Assembly (NCBI RefSeq): GCF_044324785.1
Contig: NZ_CP172127.1
Length of the DNA: 64,000 nt
Strand: one strand, 5' to 3'
Source of the DNA: Escherichia coli
GTDB lineage: Bacteria > Pseudomonadota > Gammaproteobacteria > Enterobacterales > Enterobacteriaceae
The notes under the pieces were generated by a model. That model saw only the letters and a list, made by a program, of their open reading frames with translations, was not told the origin of the DNA and ran no database searches. The first letter of the stretch is position 1. Every line of letters begins with the position of its first letter. Position numbers and translations under genes: made by a program. Shown here one piece after another: positions 30,831-41,743 of this stretch.

Positions 30831-32039
30831 TCATCGCTGGTTTTCCATAATCTGAGACATCACATAATCCGCCCATGCCTGCATCATCGGTATACGCTGA
30901 TCCAGCAGATCAGTCCGGTGATATGCCGCCTCAACCTTATTTTTCAGCGTATGGGCAAGCGCCCTTTCCGCCAAATCCCGCGAATATCCCTGTTCGCTAC
31001 ACCAGTCCCTGAATGTTGAACGAAAACCATGTGCTGTAGCCACTCGTCCGGGTATATCACTGATGGCCTTCTTTTTACGCAGAAAACTCGTCAACACCAT
31101 ATCTGAAAGGATCTGCTGCTTTCTGGGAGAAGGAAACACCAGTTCGTCATGCAGACCACGTATATTTTCCAGAACGTGAATGGCCTGTCGGGATAAAGGA
31201 ACACGATGCTGTATCCTGGCTTTCATTCTTTCTGCGGGTATCGTCCATATCCGCTTATGAAAATCAATTTCAGCCCAGCGCATTCCCCTTGCTTCGCCCG
31301 AGCGGGTTGCTGTCAGTATCACCATTAATAACAGTGCCCGGGTAACATTATAAGGTTCATCTGTATACACACTGGTCGCCACAAAAAGCGGTAACTGCCT
31401 CCAGGGCATTGCCGGCTGGTGTTCATCACGTCCTCTTGATTGCTGTGGAAGCAAATGATCAACCACATCAACAGGATTCGCCACACAAAAACCATGCGCC
31501 CAGCCCCACTGCATAACAACATGAATGCGCTGTTTAACCCGGCTTGCCGTTTCTGACAAGGTTAACCAGACTGGACGCAGTGTTTCTGCCACGTCCGCAG
31601 CCGTAATCGAATCCAGCGTTTTTGCTCCCAGTTGAGGAAACGCGTAATTCTCAAGCGTCGATAACCACTGCCTTACATGCTTTGGATTTTCCCATCCAGG
31701 AGACAGTTCTGCATGTACACGCCTGGCTGCATCGGCAAATGTTGGGATAACAACTTTTTCAGCTTCAGCCTTTTTAATCTCCAGAGGATCATCACCTGCA
31801 GCAAGTTGCTCTCGCATTATCCGGGCAGTACGTGCAGCTTCAGCAATACTGACCTCAGGATAAGTTCCCAATCCAGCATTACGCCTTTTTTGTGTCACCG
31901 GACTTACATAACGAAAAACCCATTTACCCCTCCCCTTTACTGAAGAAGGATGAAGAGTCAGTCCTGTAATTCCCCCATGGGGCAATGGTTTGTCATCAGG
32001 TTTGATATGCCTTGCTTTAGTATCCGTCAATACTGCCAT
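30831..32039 (-). CDS. int: P4-type tyrosine integrase (402 aa)
   Basis: N-terminal MAVLTDTKARHIKPDDKPLPHGGITGLTLHP... (P4 integrase DUF4102-type arm-binding domain). Catalytic R (TRSGEAR), HGFRSTFRDW and the tyrosine in AAYHRTDLL. Next to tRNA 3'-end repeats. Confidence 0.92.
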   Translation of the reverse strand: MAVLTDTKARHIKPDDKPLPHGGITGLTLHPSSVKGRGKWVFRYVSPVTQKRRNAGLGTYPEVSIAEAARTARIMREQLAAGDDPLEIKKAEAEKVVIPTFADAARRVHAELSPGWENPKHVRQWLSTLENYAFPQLGAKTLDSITAADVAETLRPVWLTLSETASRVKQRIHVVMQWGWAHGFCVANPVDVVDHLLPQQSRGRDEHQPAMPWRQLPLFVATSVYTDEPYNVTRALLLMVILTATRSGEARGMRWAEIDFHKRIWTIPAERMKARIQHRVPLSRQAIHVLENIRGLHDELVFPSPRKQQILSDMVLTSFLRKKKAISDIPGRVATAHGFRSTFRDWCSEQGYSRDLAERALAHTLKNKVEAAYHRTDLLDQRIPMMQAWADYVMSQIMENQR

Positions 32040-32198
32040 ACGCTAATTCCTGTTACTCTGGTATGCCATTCAGTATGCCATTAGTCTCTCACTTCACTAA
32101 GAATACATTAGATAACATCGGACAGAAAAAATTGTAATGCATTGTTTATAATAAGGTTATATAACACTCCCGGATTAAGTCAGATTTATTTCAGGCGG

Positions 32199-32258
32199 TC
32201 CCCCTCACCGCCATATTTAAAGAAAAGCTCGTACGAAAGTACGGGCTTTTTTTTCGCA
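32199..32258 (+). repeat. Direct repeat 1: copy of the serW 3' end (tccccctcaccgcca) plus a terminator-like hairpin (island att junction)
   Basis: cccctcaccgccatatttaaagaaaagctcgtacgaaagtacgggcttttttttcgca. About 60 nt, near-identical to repeat 2. CTCACCGCCA matches the tRNA-Ser(GGA) acceptor 3' end as I recall it. Confidence 0.75.
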
Positions 32259-32374
32259 TATTGCACTCCAGGGGGGATGAGAAGCCCCGACCGGGGTTCG
32301 ACAACTGGCGCAGCCAGTTGGACAGACCACGAACGCAGTGAGTGGGCTGCCCGCAGGGCGAGCGAAGCGAGTCT

Positions 32375-32436
32375 ATCCCCCCCTCACCGCCATATTTAAA
32401 GAAGAGCTCGTACGAAAGTACGAGTTTTTTTTCGCA
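32375..32436 (+). repeat. Direct repeat 2: 18-nt serW 3' end (atccccccctcaccgcca) plus the native serW terminator; no 5' part of the tRNA is present
   Basis: atccccccctcaccgccatatttaaagaagagctcgtacgaaagtacgagttttttttcgca. Hairpin ctcgtac-gaaa-gtacgag followed by T8 (32406-32431). The sequence upstream lacks the GGTGAGG acceptor 5' arm. Confidence 0.75.
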
Positions 32437-32612
32437 TTTTATCTGCCTGTACGGCAGTGAACTCAAATACTACACGTTTAGTCCGTTATTAATAAAGCAA
32501 AGCCATCTCATTTTCCTGCTACCACCCTTTTTTATCCTTACCTTCCCGCAGCACTAATTATCAACAACTTACCATCATCATCAAAAAAAGGGTCTGAACC
32601 TCCTCCACCCCA

Positions 32613-32650
32613 TAAACAAAAAGTCCGTAACCTCTTTCGAGATTACGGAC
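32613..32650 (-). terminator. clpA intrinsic terminator
   Basis: The minus strand reads gtccgtaatctcgaaagaggttacggac followed by tttttgttt. Lies 26 nt after the clpA stop. Confidence 0.65.
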
Positions 32651-32675
32651 TTCACCAACCTACCTAACAATTAGA

Positions 32676-34952
32676 TTAATGCGCTGCTTCCGGTTTGTGC
32701 TTTTGCGCACTCTGGAATCCGTAAGTCAGCTCATTTTTCTCTTTATCCAGCGCGACGGTGACCTGACCGCCGTCCACCAGCGAACCAAACAGCAGTTCGT
32801 TGGCGAGCGGTTTTTTCAGGTTGTCCTGGATGACACGCGCCATCGGACGTGCGCCCATTGCCCGATCGTAACCTTTCTCGGCCAGCCAGTTACGCGCTTC
32901 CTGGCTCACTTCCAGAGAAACACCTTTCTGATCCAGCTGAACCTGCAACTCGACGATGAATTTATCCACCACCTGATGGATCACGTCGGTTGACAGATGA
33001 TCGAACCAAATAATGTTGTCGAGACGGTTACGAAACTCCGGCGTAAAGATCTTCTTGATCTCTTCCATCGCATCGGTGCTGTTATCCTGGTGGATAAGAC
33101 CAATCGATTTACGCTCAGTTTCCCGTACCCCGGCGTTGGTGGTCATCACCAATACCACGTTACGGAAGTCCGCTTTGCGTCCGTTGTTATCGGTCAGCGT
33201 ACCGTTGTCCATCACCTGCAACAGAATATTGAACACGTCCGGGTGCGCTTTCTCGATTTCGTCCAGCAGCAGCACCGCATGTGGATGCTTGATGACCGCA
33301 TCAGTCAGCAAACCGCCCTGATCAAAACCAACGTATCCCGGAGGCGCACCAATCAGACGGCTGACGGTATGGCGTTCCATATACTCGGACATATCAAAGC
33401 GCAGAAGCTCAATGCCCAAAGCTTTCGAAAGCTGTACCGTCACCTCTGTTTTCCCGACCCCGGTAGGGCCGGCAAACAGGAACGAACCGACCGGTTTATG
33501 TTCGTGACCTAAACCTGCACGCGCCATCTTAATGGCTTCAGTCAGCGCCTCAATGGCTTTATCCTGACCGAAGACCAGCATTTTCAGGCGATCGCCGAGG
33601 TTTTTCAGGGTATCGCGGTCACTCTGAGAAACACTCTTCTCTGGAATGCGCGCAATACGGGCCACCACGGACTCAATATCCGCCACATTAACGGTTTTCT
33701 TGCGTTTGCTTACCGGCATCAGGCGTGCGCGAGCGCCCGCTTCGTCGATAACGTCAATGGCTTTATCCGGCAGATGACGATCGTTAATGTATTTCACCGC
33801 CAGCTCTACCGCTGCACGCACCGCTTTTGCGGTATAACGCACGTCGTGGTGCGCTTCATACTTCGGTTTCAGGCCATTGATGATTTGAACAGTTTCTTCG
33901 ATCGACGGTTCAGTAATATCAATTTTCTGGAAGCGACGCGCCAGAGCACGGTCTTTCTCGAAAATGTTGCTGAACTCCTGATAGGTTGTCGAACCAATTA
34001 CGCGAATTTTACCGCTGGAGAGCAACGGTTTGATTAGGTTAGCCGCATCGACCTGGCCACCAGACGCTGCACCCGCACCGATAATGGTGTGGATCTCATC
34101 AATAAACAGGATGCTGTTAGTGTCCTGCTCCAGCTGCTTGAGCAACGCTTTAAAACGTTTTTCAAAGTCGCCGCGATATTTTGTGCCCGCTAACAGAGAA
34201 CCGATATCGAGAGAGTAAATCGTACAGTCAGCCATCACTTCCGGCACATCGCCCTGAACAATTCGCCAGGCAAGACCTTCCGCAATCGCGGTTTTACCGA
34301 CACCAGATTCCCCCACCAGCAGCGGGTTGTTTTTACGGCGACGGCAGAGAACCTGAATAGCACGCTCCAGCTCCTTCTCACGACCAATCAGTGGGTCGAT
34401 TCCGCCCACACGCGCAAGCTGATTCAGGTTCGTCGTGAAATTCTCCATACGTTCCTCCCCACCAGCTTGTTCTTCGCTGTTTGGCTGGCTGCCAGGATCA
34501 GAAGACTGTGTCGGCTCGTCTTTACGCGTGCCATGAGAGATAAAGTTCACCACATCGAGACGGCTGACTTCATGTTTACGCAACAGATATGCCGCCTGCG
34601 ACTCCTGTTCGCTAAAGATAGCGACCAGAACGTTTGCACCGGTAACCTCATTGCGACCGGAGGACTGGACATGGAAGACCGCACGTTGCAGTACACGCTG
34701 AAAACTCAGCGTCGGCTGTGTGTCGCGCTCCTCTTCACTGGCAGGCAGAACGGGTGTGGTTTGTTCAATAAAGGCTTCCAGTTCCTGACGGAGCGCAACC
34801 AAATCCACAGAACACGCTTCCAGCGCCTCCCGGGCAGATGGGTTACTGAGCAGCGCCAGTAACAAGTGCTCGACGGTCATAAACTCATGACGGTGCTCGC
34901 GCGCTCTGGCGAAAGCCATATTTAAACTGAGTTCCAGTTCTTGATTGAGCAT
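32676..34952 (-). CDS. clpA: ATP-dependent Clp protease ATP-binding subunit ClpA (758 aa)
   Basis: [35 protein letters not shown]..., two AAA+ modules ([16 protein letters not shown]). Matches K-12 ClpA. The track ORF adds 5 upstream codons. Confidence 0.97.
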   Translation of the reverse strand: MLNQELELSLNMAFARAREHRHEFMTVEHLLLALLSNPSAREALEACSVDLVALRQELEAFIEQTTPVLPASEEERDTQPTLSFQRVLQRAVFHVQSSGRNEVTGANVLVAIFSEQESQAAYLLRKHEVSRLDVVNFISHGTRKDEPTQSSDPGSQPNSEEQAGGEERMENFTTNLNQLARVGGIDPLIGREKELERAIQVLCRRRKNNPLLVGESGVGKTAIAEGLAWRIVQGDVPEVMADCTIYSLDIGSLLAGTKYRGDFEKRFKALLKQLEQDTNSILFIDEIHTIIGAGAASGGQVDAANLIKPLLSSGKIRVIGSTTYQEFSNIFEKDRALARRFQKIDITEPSIEETVQIINGLKPKYEAHHDVRYTAKAVRAAVELAVKYINDRHLPDKAIDVIDEAGARARLMPVSKRKKTVNVADIESVVARIARIPEKSVSQSDRDTLKNLGDRLKMLVFGQDKAIEALTEAIKMARAGLGHEHKPVGSFLFAGPTGVGKTEVTVQLSKALGIELLRFDMSEYMERHTVSRLIGAPPGYVGFDQGGLLTDAVIKHPHAVLLLDEIEKAHPDVFNILLQVMDNGTLTDNNGRKADFRNVVLVMTTNAGVRETERKSIGLIHQDNSTDAMEEIKKIFTPEFRNRLDNIIWFDHLSTDVIHQVVDKFIVELQVQLDQKGVSLEVSQEARNWLAEKGYDRAMGARPMARVIQDNLKKPLANELLFGSLVDGGQVTVALDKEKNELTYGFQSAQKHKPEAAH

Positions 34953-34982
34953 AGGCACCTCCCCCAATTTTTATGCCTGCAT

Positions 34983-35303
34983 TCAGGCTTTTTCTAGCGT
35001 ACACAGCAATGGATGCTCATTCTCCCTCGCGTACTTGTTCACCATCGCCACTTTGGTTTCTGCAACCTCGGCGGTAAAGACTCCGCAAATGGCCTTCCCC
35101 TGGTAGTGAACAGCGAGCATCAATTGCGTTGCACGTTCTACATCATAAGAAAAGAATTTTTGTAACACGTCAATAACAAACTCCATCGGAGTGTAATCAT
35201 CATTGACTAATATCACTTTATACATAGATGGCGGTTTTAGCGCGTCGCGAACTTTTTCTTCCGCCAGTTGATCAAAGTCCAGCCAGTCGTTCGTTTTACC
35301 CAT
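34983..35303 (-). CDS. clpS: ClpA adaptor ClpS (106 aa)
   Basis: [51 protein letters not shown]... Synteny with clpA. Confidence 0.96.
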
Positions 35304-35625
35304 TGTCAGTTATCATCTTCGGTTACGGTTATCGGCAGAACGCCCTGCCGCTGACAAGAGCTTATTTGCCTGACCAATCTACTCCACATGATAGATAACT
35401 ATCATCTATCGTTGGCATCAGCGACATCTGTCACATTCCTGTCAATAGCGTTAACTGCTTCAAATTTTTGATTCATACCTGCCCCCTGGCCCCTGTCAAA
35501 TGCTTGACGGCTCGCCCTAATTCTCTAAATTGTATTTCTAGAGTTGGCGAGGTTTTGAACAGCCCCCTCTCTGACCCCGGTTTATTCCATCTTACTTGTA
35601 TAAGATTTGCGAAGGATGTCGAAGC

Positions 35626-35850
35626 ATGGAAAAGGGTACTGTTAAGTGGTTCAACAATGCCAAAGGGTTTGGTTTCATCTGCCCTGAAGGCGGCGGCGAA
35701 GATATTTTCGCTCATTATTCCACCATTCAGATGGATGGTTACAGAACGCTAAAAGCTGGACAATCCGTTCAGTTTGATGTCCACCAGGGGCCAAAAGGCA
35801 ATCACGCCAGTGTTATTGTGCCCGTCGAAGTAGAAGCAGCAGTCGCATAG
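35626..35850 (+). CDS. cspD: Stationary-phase cold-shock-domain protein CspD (74 aa)
   Basis: MEKGTVKWFNNAKGFGFICPEGGGEDIFAHYSTIQMDGYRTLKAGQSVQFDVHQGPKGNHASVIVPVE... Confidence 0.95.
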   Translation: MEKGTVKWFNNAKGFGFICPEGGGEDIFAHYSTIQMDGYRTLKAGQSVQFDVHQGPKGNHASVIVPVEVEAAVA

Positions 35851-35882
35851 CTCTTCTGTCTCATTGTGTACATCCTAAAGGC

Positions 35883-35912
35883 AAAATGCCAGCCCGATCG
35901 GCTGGCATTTTT
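35883..35912. terminator. Bidirectional hairpin terminator between convergent cspD and macB
   Basis: atgccagcc (35886-35894) / ggctggcat (35900-35908), flanked by an A-run and a T-run. Confidence 0.6.
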
Positions 35913-35922
35913 ATCTCAAAAA

Positions 35923-37869
35923 TTACTCTCGTGCCAGAGCATCTACTGGATCCAGTCGTGCCGCATTTCGTGCGGGTAACCAGCCAAATAAAATCCCGGT
36001 GACCGTCGAGCAGAGAAACGCCAGCAGCAGCGCCAACGGTGAAAAACCAATCTCCCAGCCGGGTAAGAAAAGCTGTAAGGTGAAAGCAATTAACAGTGAC
36101 AGTGTTATTCCCAACGCGCCACCGACCAGGCAAACCAGTACGGCTTCGATCAGAAACTGTTGCAAAACATCGCTTGCTCGCGCACCTACAGCCATGCGAA
36201 TGCCAATTTCCCGCGTCCGCTCGGTCACTGACACCAGCATAATATTCATTACACCAATACCGCCCACCACTAGCGAAATCACCGCCACCAGCGTCAGAAA
36301 CAGTTGTAAAGTACGTGTGGTCTTTTCAACGGTTTTCAAGACGCCGTCCATGTTCCAGGTAAAGAAATCCTTCTTACCGTGACGCAGTGAAAGTAAACGC
36401 GTGAGTTGCTGTTCCGCCTCGGCGCTGTCAAATCCTTCTTTCACCCTGACAGTAATGGAGTTCAGCCACGACTGGCCCATAACTCGCCCGGACATCGTGC
36501 TGTAAGGTAGCCAGACACGCAGCACTTTACTGCTACCAAACATCGACTGTTTTTCTTCCGCCACACCAATGACTCTGGCGGGCATATTGCCGACCAGAAT
36601 CACCTCGCCAACCACATCTGCTTTATGGGGGAAAAGCTGGCGACGAGTATTACTGTCGAGAACCACGACCTGCGCACGACCGTTCAGCTGCTCCTGATTA
36701 AAGGTGTTCCCTTCACTGAAGGTCATGCCATAGACATTAAAATAATCGCCGCTCACGCCATTGGCACTGGCAGCCACATCAACATTGTTATAACGCAGGC
36801 GCAGGTTTTGCGAGACGGCAGGTGTGGCTGAGGCGACCCACGGTTGTTTTTGGATGGCGATTAAGTCGTCGTACTTCAGCGCCTGCTGATATTGCGGATC
36901 GTCATCGCCAAAATCTTTCCCGGGATAGACATCAATAGTATTCGTACCAATAGAACGAATATCCGCCAGCACCATTTGTTTGGCGGCGTCACCCACCACG
37001 ACAATGGAAACCACCGACGCAATACCGATAATAATCCCCAGCATGGTCAGTAAAGTACGCATTTTATTCGCTGCCAGCGCCCGCCATGCCATCGTCAGCG
37101 CCTCGTTAAAACCACTGACAAACTGCCGCCAGCCAGACGCCGTGTTGACAGCAGGTTCCGTCCCGCCAGCAACATTCACTTTTTCAATGGCGGGAGGATT
37201 GCGCACAATTTCGCCGTCGCGAATTTCGATCACCCGCTCGGCCTGAGCAGCGACCTGCGGATCGTGGGTAACGATAATCACCGTATGCCCGCGATCGCGC
37301 AGCTGATGCAGGATCGCCATCACCTCTTCGCCAGAATGGCTGTCCAGTGCGCCGGTCGGTTCATCGGCAAGAATTACCTGACCGCCGTTCATCAATGCCC
37401 GCGCGATGCTGACGCGCTGTTGCTGACCACCCGAAAGCTGTGCCGGATAATACTCTGTACGGTCTTCCAGCCCCAGTCGTTGCAGCAACTCCTGGGCGCG
37501 AAGCAGCCGCTGTTTCCGCTCAAGACCAGCATAGACGGCGGGTACTTCAACGTTCTGCTCGGCGGTTAAATGCGAAAGCAAATGGTAACGCTGGAAAATA
37601 AAGCCGAAATGCTCGCGGCGTAGTTGCGCCAGCGCATCGGCGTCCAGCGTGGCAACATCCTGACCGGCGACGCGATAGGTGCCGCTGGTGGCCTTATCCA
37701 GACAGCCGAGAATATTCATCAGGGTCGATTTGCCGGAACCCGAAGCGCCAACAATCGCCACCATCTCACCCGCATAAATATCGAGGCTGATGCCCTTCAG
37801 CACCTCAACCTGCTCATCACCGGCAGGATAGCTGCGACGAATATCCTTTAATTCGAGCAAAGGCGTCAT
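35923..37869 (-). CDS. macB: Macrolide export ABC transporter MacB (648 aa)
   Basis: N-terminal ABC ATPase ([18 protein letters not shown]) plus a C-terminal FtsX-type permease. Overlaps the macA stop. Confidence 0.95.
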   Translation of the reverse strand: MTPLLELKDIRRSYPAGDEQVEVLKGISLDIYAGEMVAIVGASGSGKSTLMNILGCLDKATSGTYRVAGQDVATLDADALAQLRREHFGFIFQRYHLLSHLTAEQNVEVPAVYAGLERKQRLLRAQELLQRLGLEDRTEYYPAQLSGGQQQRVSIARALMNGGQVILADEPTGALDSHSGEEVMAILHQLRDRGHTVIIVTHDPQVAAQAERVIEIRDGEIVRNPPAIEKVNVAGGTEPAVNTASGWRQFVSGFNEALTMAWRALAANKMRTLLTMLGIIIGIASVVSIVVVGDAAKQMVLADIRSIGTNTIDVYPGKDFGDDDPQYQQALKYDDLIAIQKQPWVASATPAVSQNLRLRYNNVDVAASANGVSGDYFNVYGMTFSEGNTFNQEQLNGRAQVVVLDSNTRRQLFPHKADVVGEVILVGNMPARVIGVAEEKQSMFGSSKVLRVWLPYSTMSGRVMGQSWLNSITVRVKEGFDSAEAEQQLTRLLSLRHGKKDFFTWNMDGVLKTVEKTTRTLQLFLTLVAVISLVVGGIGVMNIMLVSVTERTREIGIRMAVGARASDVLQQFLIEAVLVCLVGGALGITLSLLIAFTLQLFLPGWEIGFSPLALLLAFLCSTVTGILFGWLPARNAARLDPVDALARE

Positions 37870-38981
37870 TGTGCAGCTCCTGGTTTGGCCTCACCAATCA
37901 CCACTTCATCGCCCGCTTCCAGCCCTTTGACAATCTCAACATCGGTATCGTTACGTGCGCCAATCGTCACTTCACGCTCGCGTGTTTCACCATTACGCAA
38001 CAATTTGACTTTATAACGATTATCGCCAACCGGATCGCCTAACGCCGACAGAGGGATCGTCAGCACATTTTTCACATCGGTGAGCTGAATATGCACTTGC
38101 GCAGTCATATCCAGCCGCAGCAAACCATTGGGGTTGGGGACTTCAAAACGGGCGTAATAGAAAATAGCGTCGTTAACCTTTTCCGGCGTCGGTAGTACAT
38201 CCTTGATTTGCCCCTCGTAGCGCGTCAGTGGATCGCCAAGTACCGTAAACCAGGCTTTTTGCCCCGGCTTCAGGTGGATTACATCCGCTTCAGAAACCTG
38301 CGCTTTTACCAGCATGGTGCTCATATCTGCCAGCGTCAGAATGTTCGGTGCTTGTTGTGCGGCAATCACCGTCTGGCCTTGCAGAGTGGTGATTTGCGTG
38401 ACTTCCCCGGCCATCGGAGCAACGATGCGGGTGTAATCGAGATTGGTTTTAGCCGTATCGAGAGAGGCCTGATTGCGCTTGATTTGCGCGTCAATGGTGC
38501 CAATTTGCGCCTGTTTCACAGCCATCTCCGTCGCGGCGGTATCGAGATCTTGCTGTGAAACCGCTTGCGTTTGTGCAAGACGTTGCTGACGGGAATACGT
38601 CACCCGCGCCAGTTTCAGCTCCGCTTCCGCCTGCTGCCGCTGCGCGCGTAGCTCCATCAGCGTTGCTTCGACCTCCTTGATCTGGTTTTCAGCCTGTTCA
38701 GGATCAATAACCCCTAAAAGCTGGTCTTTTTTAACTTTATCGCCAATCGCTACCGACAGCGTTTTCAACTGACCGCTGACCTGCGCGCCCACGTCAACCT
38801 TACGCAGCGCGTCCAGCTTTCCGGTCGCCAGCACGCTTTGCTGTAAATCACCGGGGCGCACAATCAGCGTCTGATAAGTCGGAACGGGTGCGTTAAGAAT
38901 TCTCCATAATGTAATCAGTCCGGCGATGACTATCACCAGCGCAATAACGTAACGCTTCTTCACGGTTTGCCGCTTTTTCAT
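37866..38981 (-). CDS. macA: Macrolide export periplasmic adaptor MacA (371 aa)
   Basis: [50 protein letters not shown]... The track ORF begins 9 codons upstream. Confidence 0.95.
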   Translation of the reverse strand: MKKRQTVKKRYVIALVIVIAGLITLWRILNAPVPTYQTLIVRPGDLQQSVLATGKLDALRKVDVGAQVSGQLKTLSVAIGDKVKKDQLLGVIDPEQAENQIKEVEATLMELRAQRQQAEAELKLARVTYSRQQRLAQTQAVSQQDLDTAATEMAVKQAQIGTIDAQIKRNQASLDTAKTNLDYTRIVAPMAGEVTQITTLQGQTVIAAQQAPNILTLADMSTMLVKAQVSEADVIHLKPGQKAWFTVLGDPLTRYEGQIKDVLPTPEKVNDAIFYYARFEVPNPNGLLRLDMTAQVHIQLTDVKNVLTIPLSALGDPVGDNRYKVKLLRNGETREREVTIGARNDTDVEIVKGLEAGDEVVIGEAKPGAAQ

Positions 38982-39095
38982 AAATATTCTGAATACTCCA
39001 TATGCCAATCCGGGTCATTAACTTCAACGAAATATCAACAAAACCCTAAAATTTACGTTAGTAATCACACTATTGATGTTTGGTTAAGATACGCA

Positions 39096-40088
39096 ATGGT
39101 GAAATCGACGTCATGTATAACCATTGATTTCATGAATATGTCGCAGCTAACTGAACGGACCTTTACGCCATCTGAATCTCTCAGCAGCCTGTCACTTTTT
39201 CTTAGTCTGGCACGTGGACAGTGTCGGCCGGGTAAATTCTGGCATCGCCGTAGTTTTCGCCAGAAATTTTTGCTGCGCTCGTTGATTATGCCGCGTTTAA
39301 GCGTTGAGTGGATGAACGAACTTTCCCACTGGCCTAATCTCAATGTGTTGTTAACGCGCCAGCCGCGACTGCCTGTGCGTCTGCATCGCCCTTACCTTGC
39401 GGCGAATCTTAGCCGTAAGCAATTGCTGGAGGCGTTACGTTACCATTATGCGTTACTCCGCGGGTGTATGTCGGCGGAAGAATTCAGCTTATATTTGAAT
39501 ACCCCCGGGCTGCAACTGGCGAAGCTGGAAGGCAAAAACGGCGAGCAGTTCACACTTGAGCTGACCATGATGATCTCAATGGATAAAGAAGGTGACAGCA
39601 CAATCCTGTTCCGCAACAGCGAAGGTATTCCTCTGGCAGAGATCACGTTTACCCTGTGTGAATATCAGGGGAAAAGAACAATGTTTATTGGCGGACTGCA
39701 AGGCGCAAAATGGGAAATTCCACATCAGGAAATCCAGAATGCGACGAAAGCCTGCCACGGGCTATTTCCCAAACGCCTCGTGATGGAAGCGGCCTGTCTG
39801 TTTGCCCAACGTTTGCAGGTAGAGCAGATTATTGCCGTCAGCAATGAAACGCATATTTACCGCAGCCTGCGTTATCGTGATAAAGAAGGCAAGATCCATG
39901 CTGATTACAACGCTTTCTGGGAGTCGGTTGGCGGCGTATGTGATGCTGAACGCCATTACCGCCTTCCAGCACAGATAGCACGAAAAGAGATTGCCGAAAT
40001 CGCCAGTAAAAAACGGGCTGAATACCGTCGGCGCTATGAGATGCTCGACGCTATTCAGCCACAAATGGCCACGATGTTTCGCGGTTAA
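39096..40088 (+). CDS. ybjX: VirK-like DUF535 protein YbjX (330 aa from MVKSTSC; alternative start MNMSQL at 39132)
   Basis: ...MNMSQLTERTFTPSESLSSLSLFLSLARGQCRPGKFWHRRSFRQKFLLRS... matches K-12 YbjX. Synteny between macA and ybjD. Confidence 0.85.
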   Translation: MVKSTSCITIDFMNMSQLTERTFTPSESLSSLSLFLSLARGQCRPGKFWHRRSFRQKFLLRSLIMPRLSVEWMNELSHWPNLNVLLTRQPRLPVRLHRPYLAANLSRKQLLEALRYHYALLRGCMSAEEFSLYLNTPGLQLAKLEGKNGEQFTLELTMMISMDKEGDSTILFRNSEGIPLAEITFTLCEYQGKRTMFIGGLQGAKWEIPHQEIQNATKACHGLFPKRLVMEAACLFAQRLQVEQIIAVSNETHIYRSLRYRDKEGKIHADYNAFWESVGGVCDAERHYRLPAQIARKEIAEIASKKRAEYRRRYEMLDAIQPQMATMFRG

Positions 40089-41743
40089 TCCGCGCGACCG
40101 CGCGCCAGCCACAGCACGCGTGAGAACATTTTTTTCAGCAGCGTCGGTACGGAGTCCACACCACGACGTCCGGCCTCCATTGCCACTTCAATGGCAAGAT
40201 CGGGTTTGGAAGAGCGATGGATCGCTTTCGAGATAATTTTGCGCAGATTCATCGGTACATTTTCCGGGATTTGCGCCACGCGGTGGAACACATCGGAAAA
40301 TCCCTGGCGATACATAAAATGTTCCATATCCAGCGCCGGTAACGCCGTTAAATGTTCTCGTTCGGCTTCCCGATCGTTATTCAACAGGCTGCGTACCGTA
40401 GCGGCATATTTCTTCCCTGCTTCATCGCCATCGACCAGTACATGCCATTCAATCCCCATTCGCCGGGCAAATTTAACCAGTGGCTTTAGCCCGGACTGGG
40501 CAAACTCAATGACCTTGATCCCTTCGGCATCAAAATGATGTCCGCACTGACGCGCCAGTTCATTGATAACCCAGGTTTCCGTTTCCCCTTCCACCAGCAG
40601 CCAACAACGGGCAAACAGCGATGACGGACGGTTAAAACGAATGTGAAAGGATATGCGTCGGCTATCTTCGGTACTCAAGCCACTCGGTCCCAGACGCCAG
40701 GCGGCAACGCGAGAGGACTCACGTACCAGTCGGCAAACATGCTCTACCGGCGTTAACGAAAGCAACTCTCCCGAGTTGGTAGTAGCGATGCGCTGCAAGG
40801 GCAGAAGATTCAACAGATGCCAGGCAACTGAAAGCATAATGGGGTGTAAACGGGTTTCTGGATCTTCAATCAGCAATAATGGACGGGCGTCTTTATCCAG
40901 CCGCAATGTGCCTTTTGCCTGCAACAAAGTAGCAAACAGGCCGAGCAAAATAACCCGATACGAGCGCCCACCAGGTCGGTCAATCATCCGGTTGATGATA
41001 TCCAGATAGCGCCAGCTTCGTTGCTCATTGCTGGCTCGCCGCCGCATTAAACGATATCGCGCCTGTCCGGCCCCCTGCTCAGAGAAATAATGCTCAAGCA
41101 GCTGTACCATTGCGGAAAGTCCCTGACGAATCTGTCCATCAGAGAGATTTTGCGGATGTGAGGACAACTCACGGGCGAGGAAATCGAGCTGGCGCGCGGT
41201 GACTTCCACATTAGGGACATTTGGCACCGTGCCGTTACGAATACGGCGCATAAAACGGGCATCACGCAAGCGCAGCACCGGCATTAAACGCACCAGATGG
41301 CGTGCCTGATCGTTAATATCCTCGACATCAATCGGATGTCCGTCTTTATCGAGAAAACTGCGCAGTGTCATCACGCTGCCGTCTTCCGCACTCTCCCCTT
41401 CCAGACGATAAAAAATACGGTGATAGCCATCGGTGCATGGCGTCCAGCACGCTTCCAGTGGCCGATAGCGGCGTACCCGATGTCGGCCTGGCAGCGATTC
41501 GCGGAAGGTCAAAATAATATGCAGATGATGTTCTCGCCCGTTGATATCTCCCGGCGGGAACCAGAAATCGTCGCGCTCAAAATGGTAGAGATCTGATTCT
41601 GGCGATAGCAGCAGGGTTAAGGCGTCCAGCAAGCTGGATTTACCCCACGCGTTCTCCCCAATCAGGACGTTGTTTTGTTCCAGCATCAACGACAAACGGT
41701 TGATACCGCGAAAACCCACAATTTCAACGCGCTCAAGAATCAT
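40085..41743 (-). CDS. ybjD: OLD-family ATPase/TOPRIM nuclease homologue YbjD (552 aa)
   Basis: MILERVEIVGFRGINRLSLMLEQNNVLIGENAWGKSSLLDALTLLL..., C-terminal TOPRIM-like region. Conserved core position. Confidence 0.9.
   Translation of the reverse strand: MILERVEIVGFRGINRLSLMLEQNNVLIGENAWGKSSLLDALTLLLSPESDLYHFERDDFWFPPGDINGREHHLHIILTFRESLPGRHRVRRYRPLEACWTPCTDGYHRIFYRLEGESAEDGSVMTLRSFLDKDGHPIDVEDINDQARHLVRLMPVLRLRDARFMRRIRNGTVPNVPNVEVTARQLDFLARELSSHPQNLSDGQIRQGLSAMVQLLEHYFSEQGAGQARYRLMRRRASNEQRSWRYLDIINRMIDRPGGRSYRVILLGLFATLLQAKGTLRLDKDARPLLLIEDPETRLHPIMLSVAWHLLNLLPLQRIATTNSGELLSLTPVEHVCRLVRESSRVAAWRLGPSGLSTEDSRRISFHIRFNRPSSLFARCWLLVEGETETWVINELARQCGHHFDAEGIKVIEFAQSGLKPLVKFARRMGIEWHVLVDGDEAGKKYAATVRSLLNNDREAEREHLTALPALDMEHFMYRQGFSDVFHRVAQIPENVPMNLRKIISKAIHRSSKPDLAIEVAMEAGRRGVDSVPTLLKKMFSRVLWLARGRAD

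Noticed and set aside
32261-32392. Possible intact tRNA-Ser (serW) ending in CCTCACCGCCA at 32392
   Set aside because: Only the last ~18 nt match the tRNA. The required 5' acceptor strand (GGTGAGG), D-arm and anticodon arm are absent, and the upstream sequence is unrelated GC-rich DNA. Treated as an att-site partial copy instead.
32142-32466. ORFs 32142-32399 (+) and 32191-32466 (-) across the att repeats
   Set aside because: They run through duplicated tRNA/terminator sequence and a GC-rich hairpin region. Neither has a ribosome-binding site or a plausible protein composition.
40085-41743. ybjD (OLD-family ATPase/TOPRIM) as a candidate novel defence gene
   Set aside because: It is a conserved core gene at its normal K-12 position between ybjX and aqpZ, with ordinary composition. 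It is not accessory and not new.
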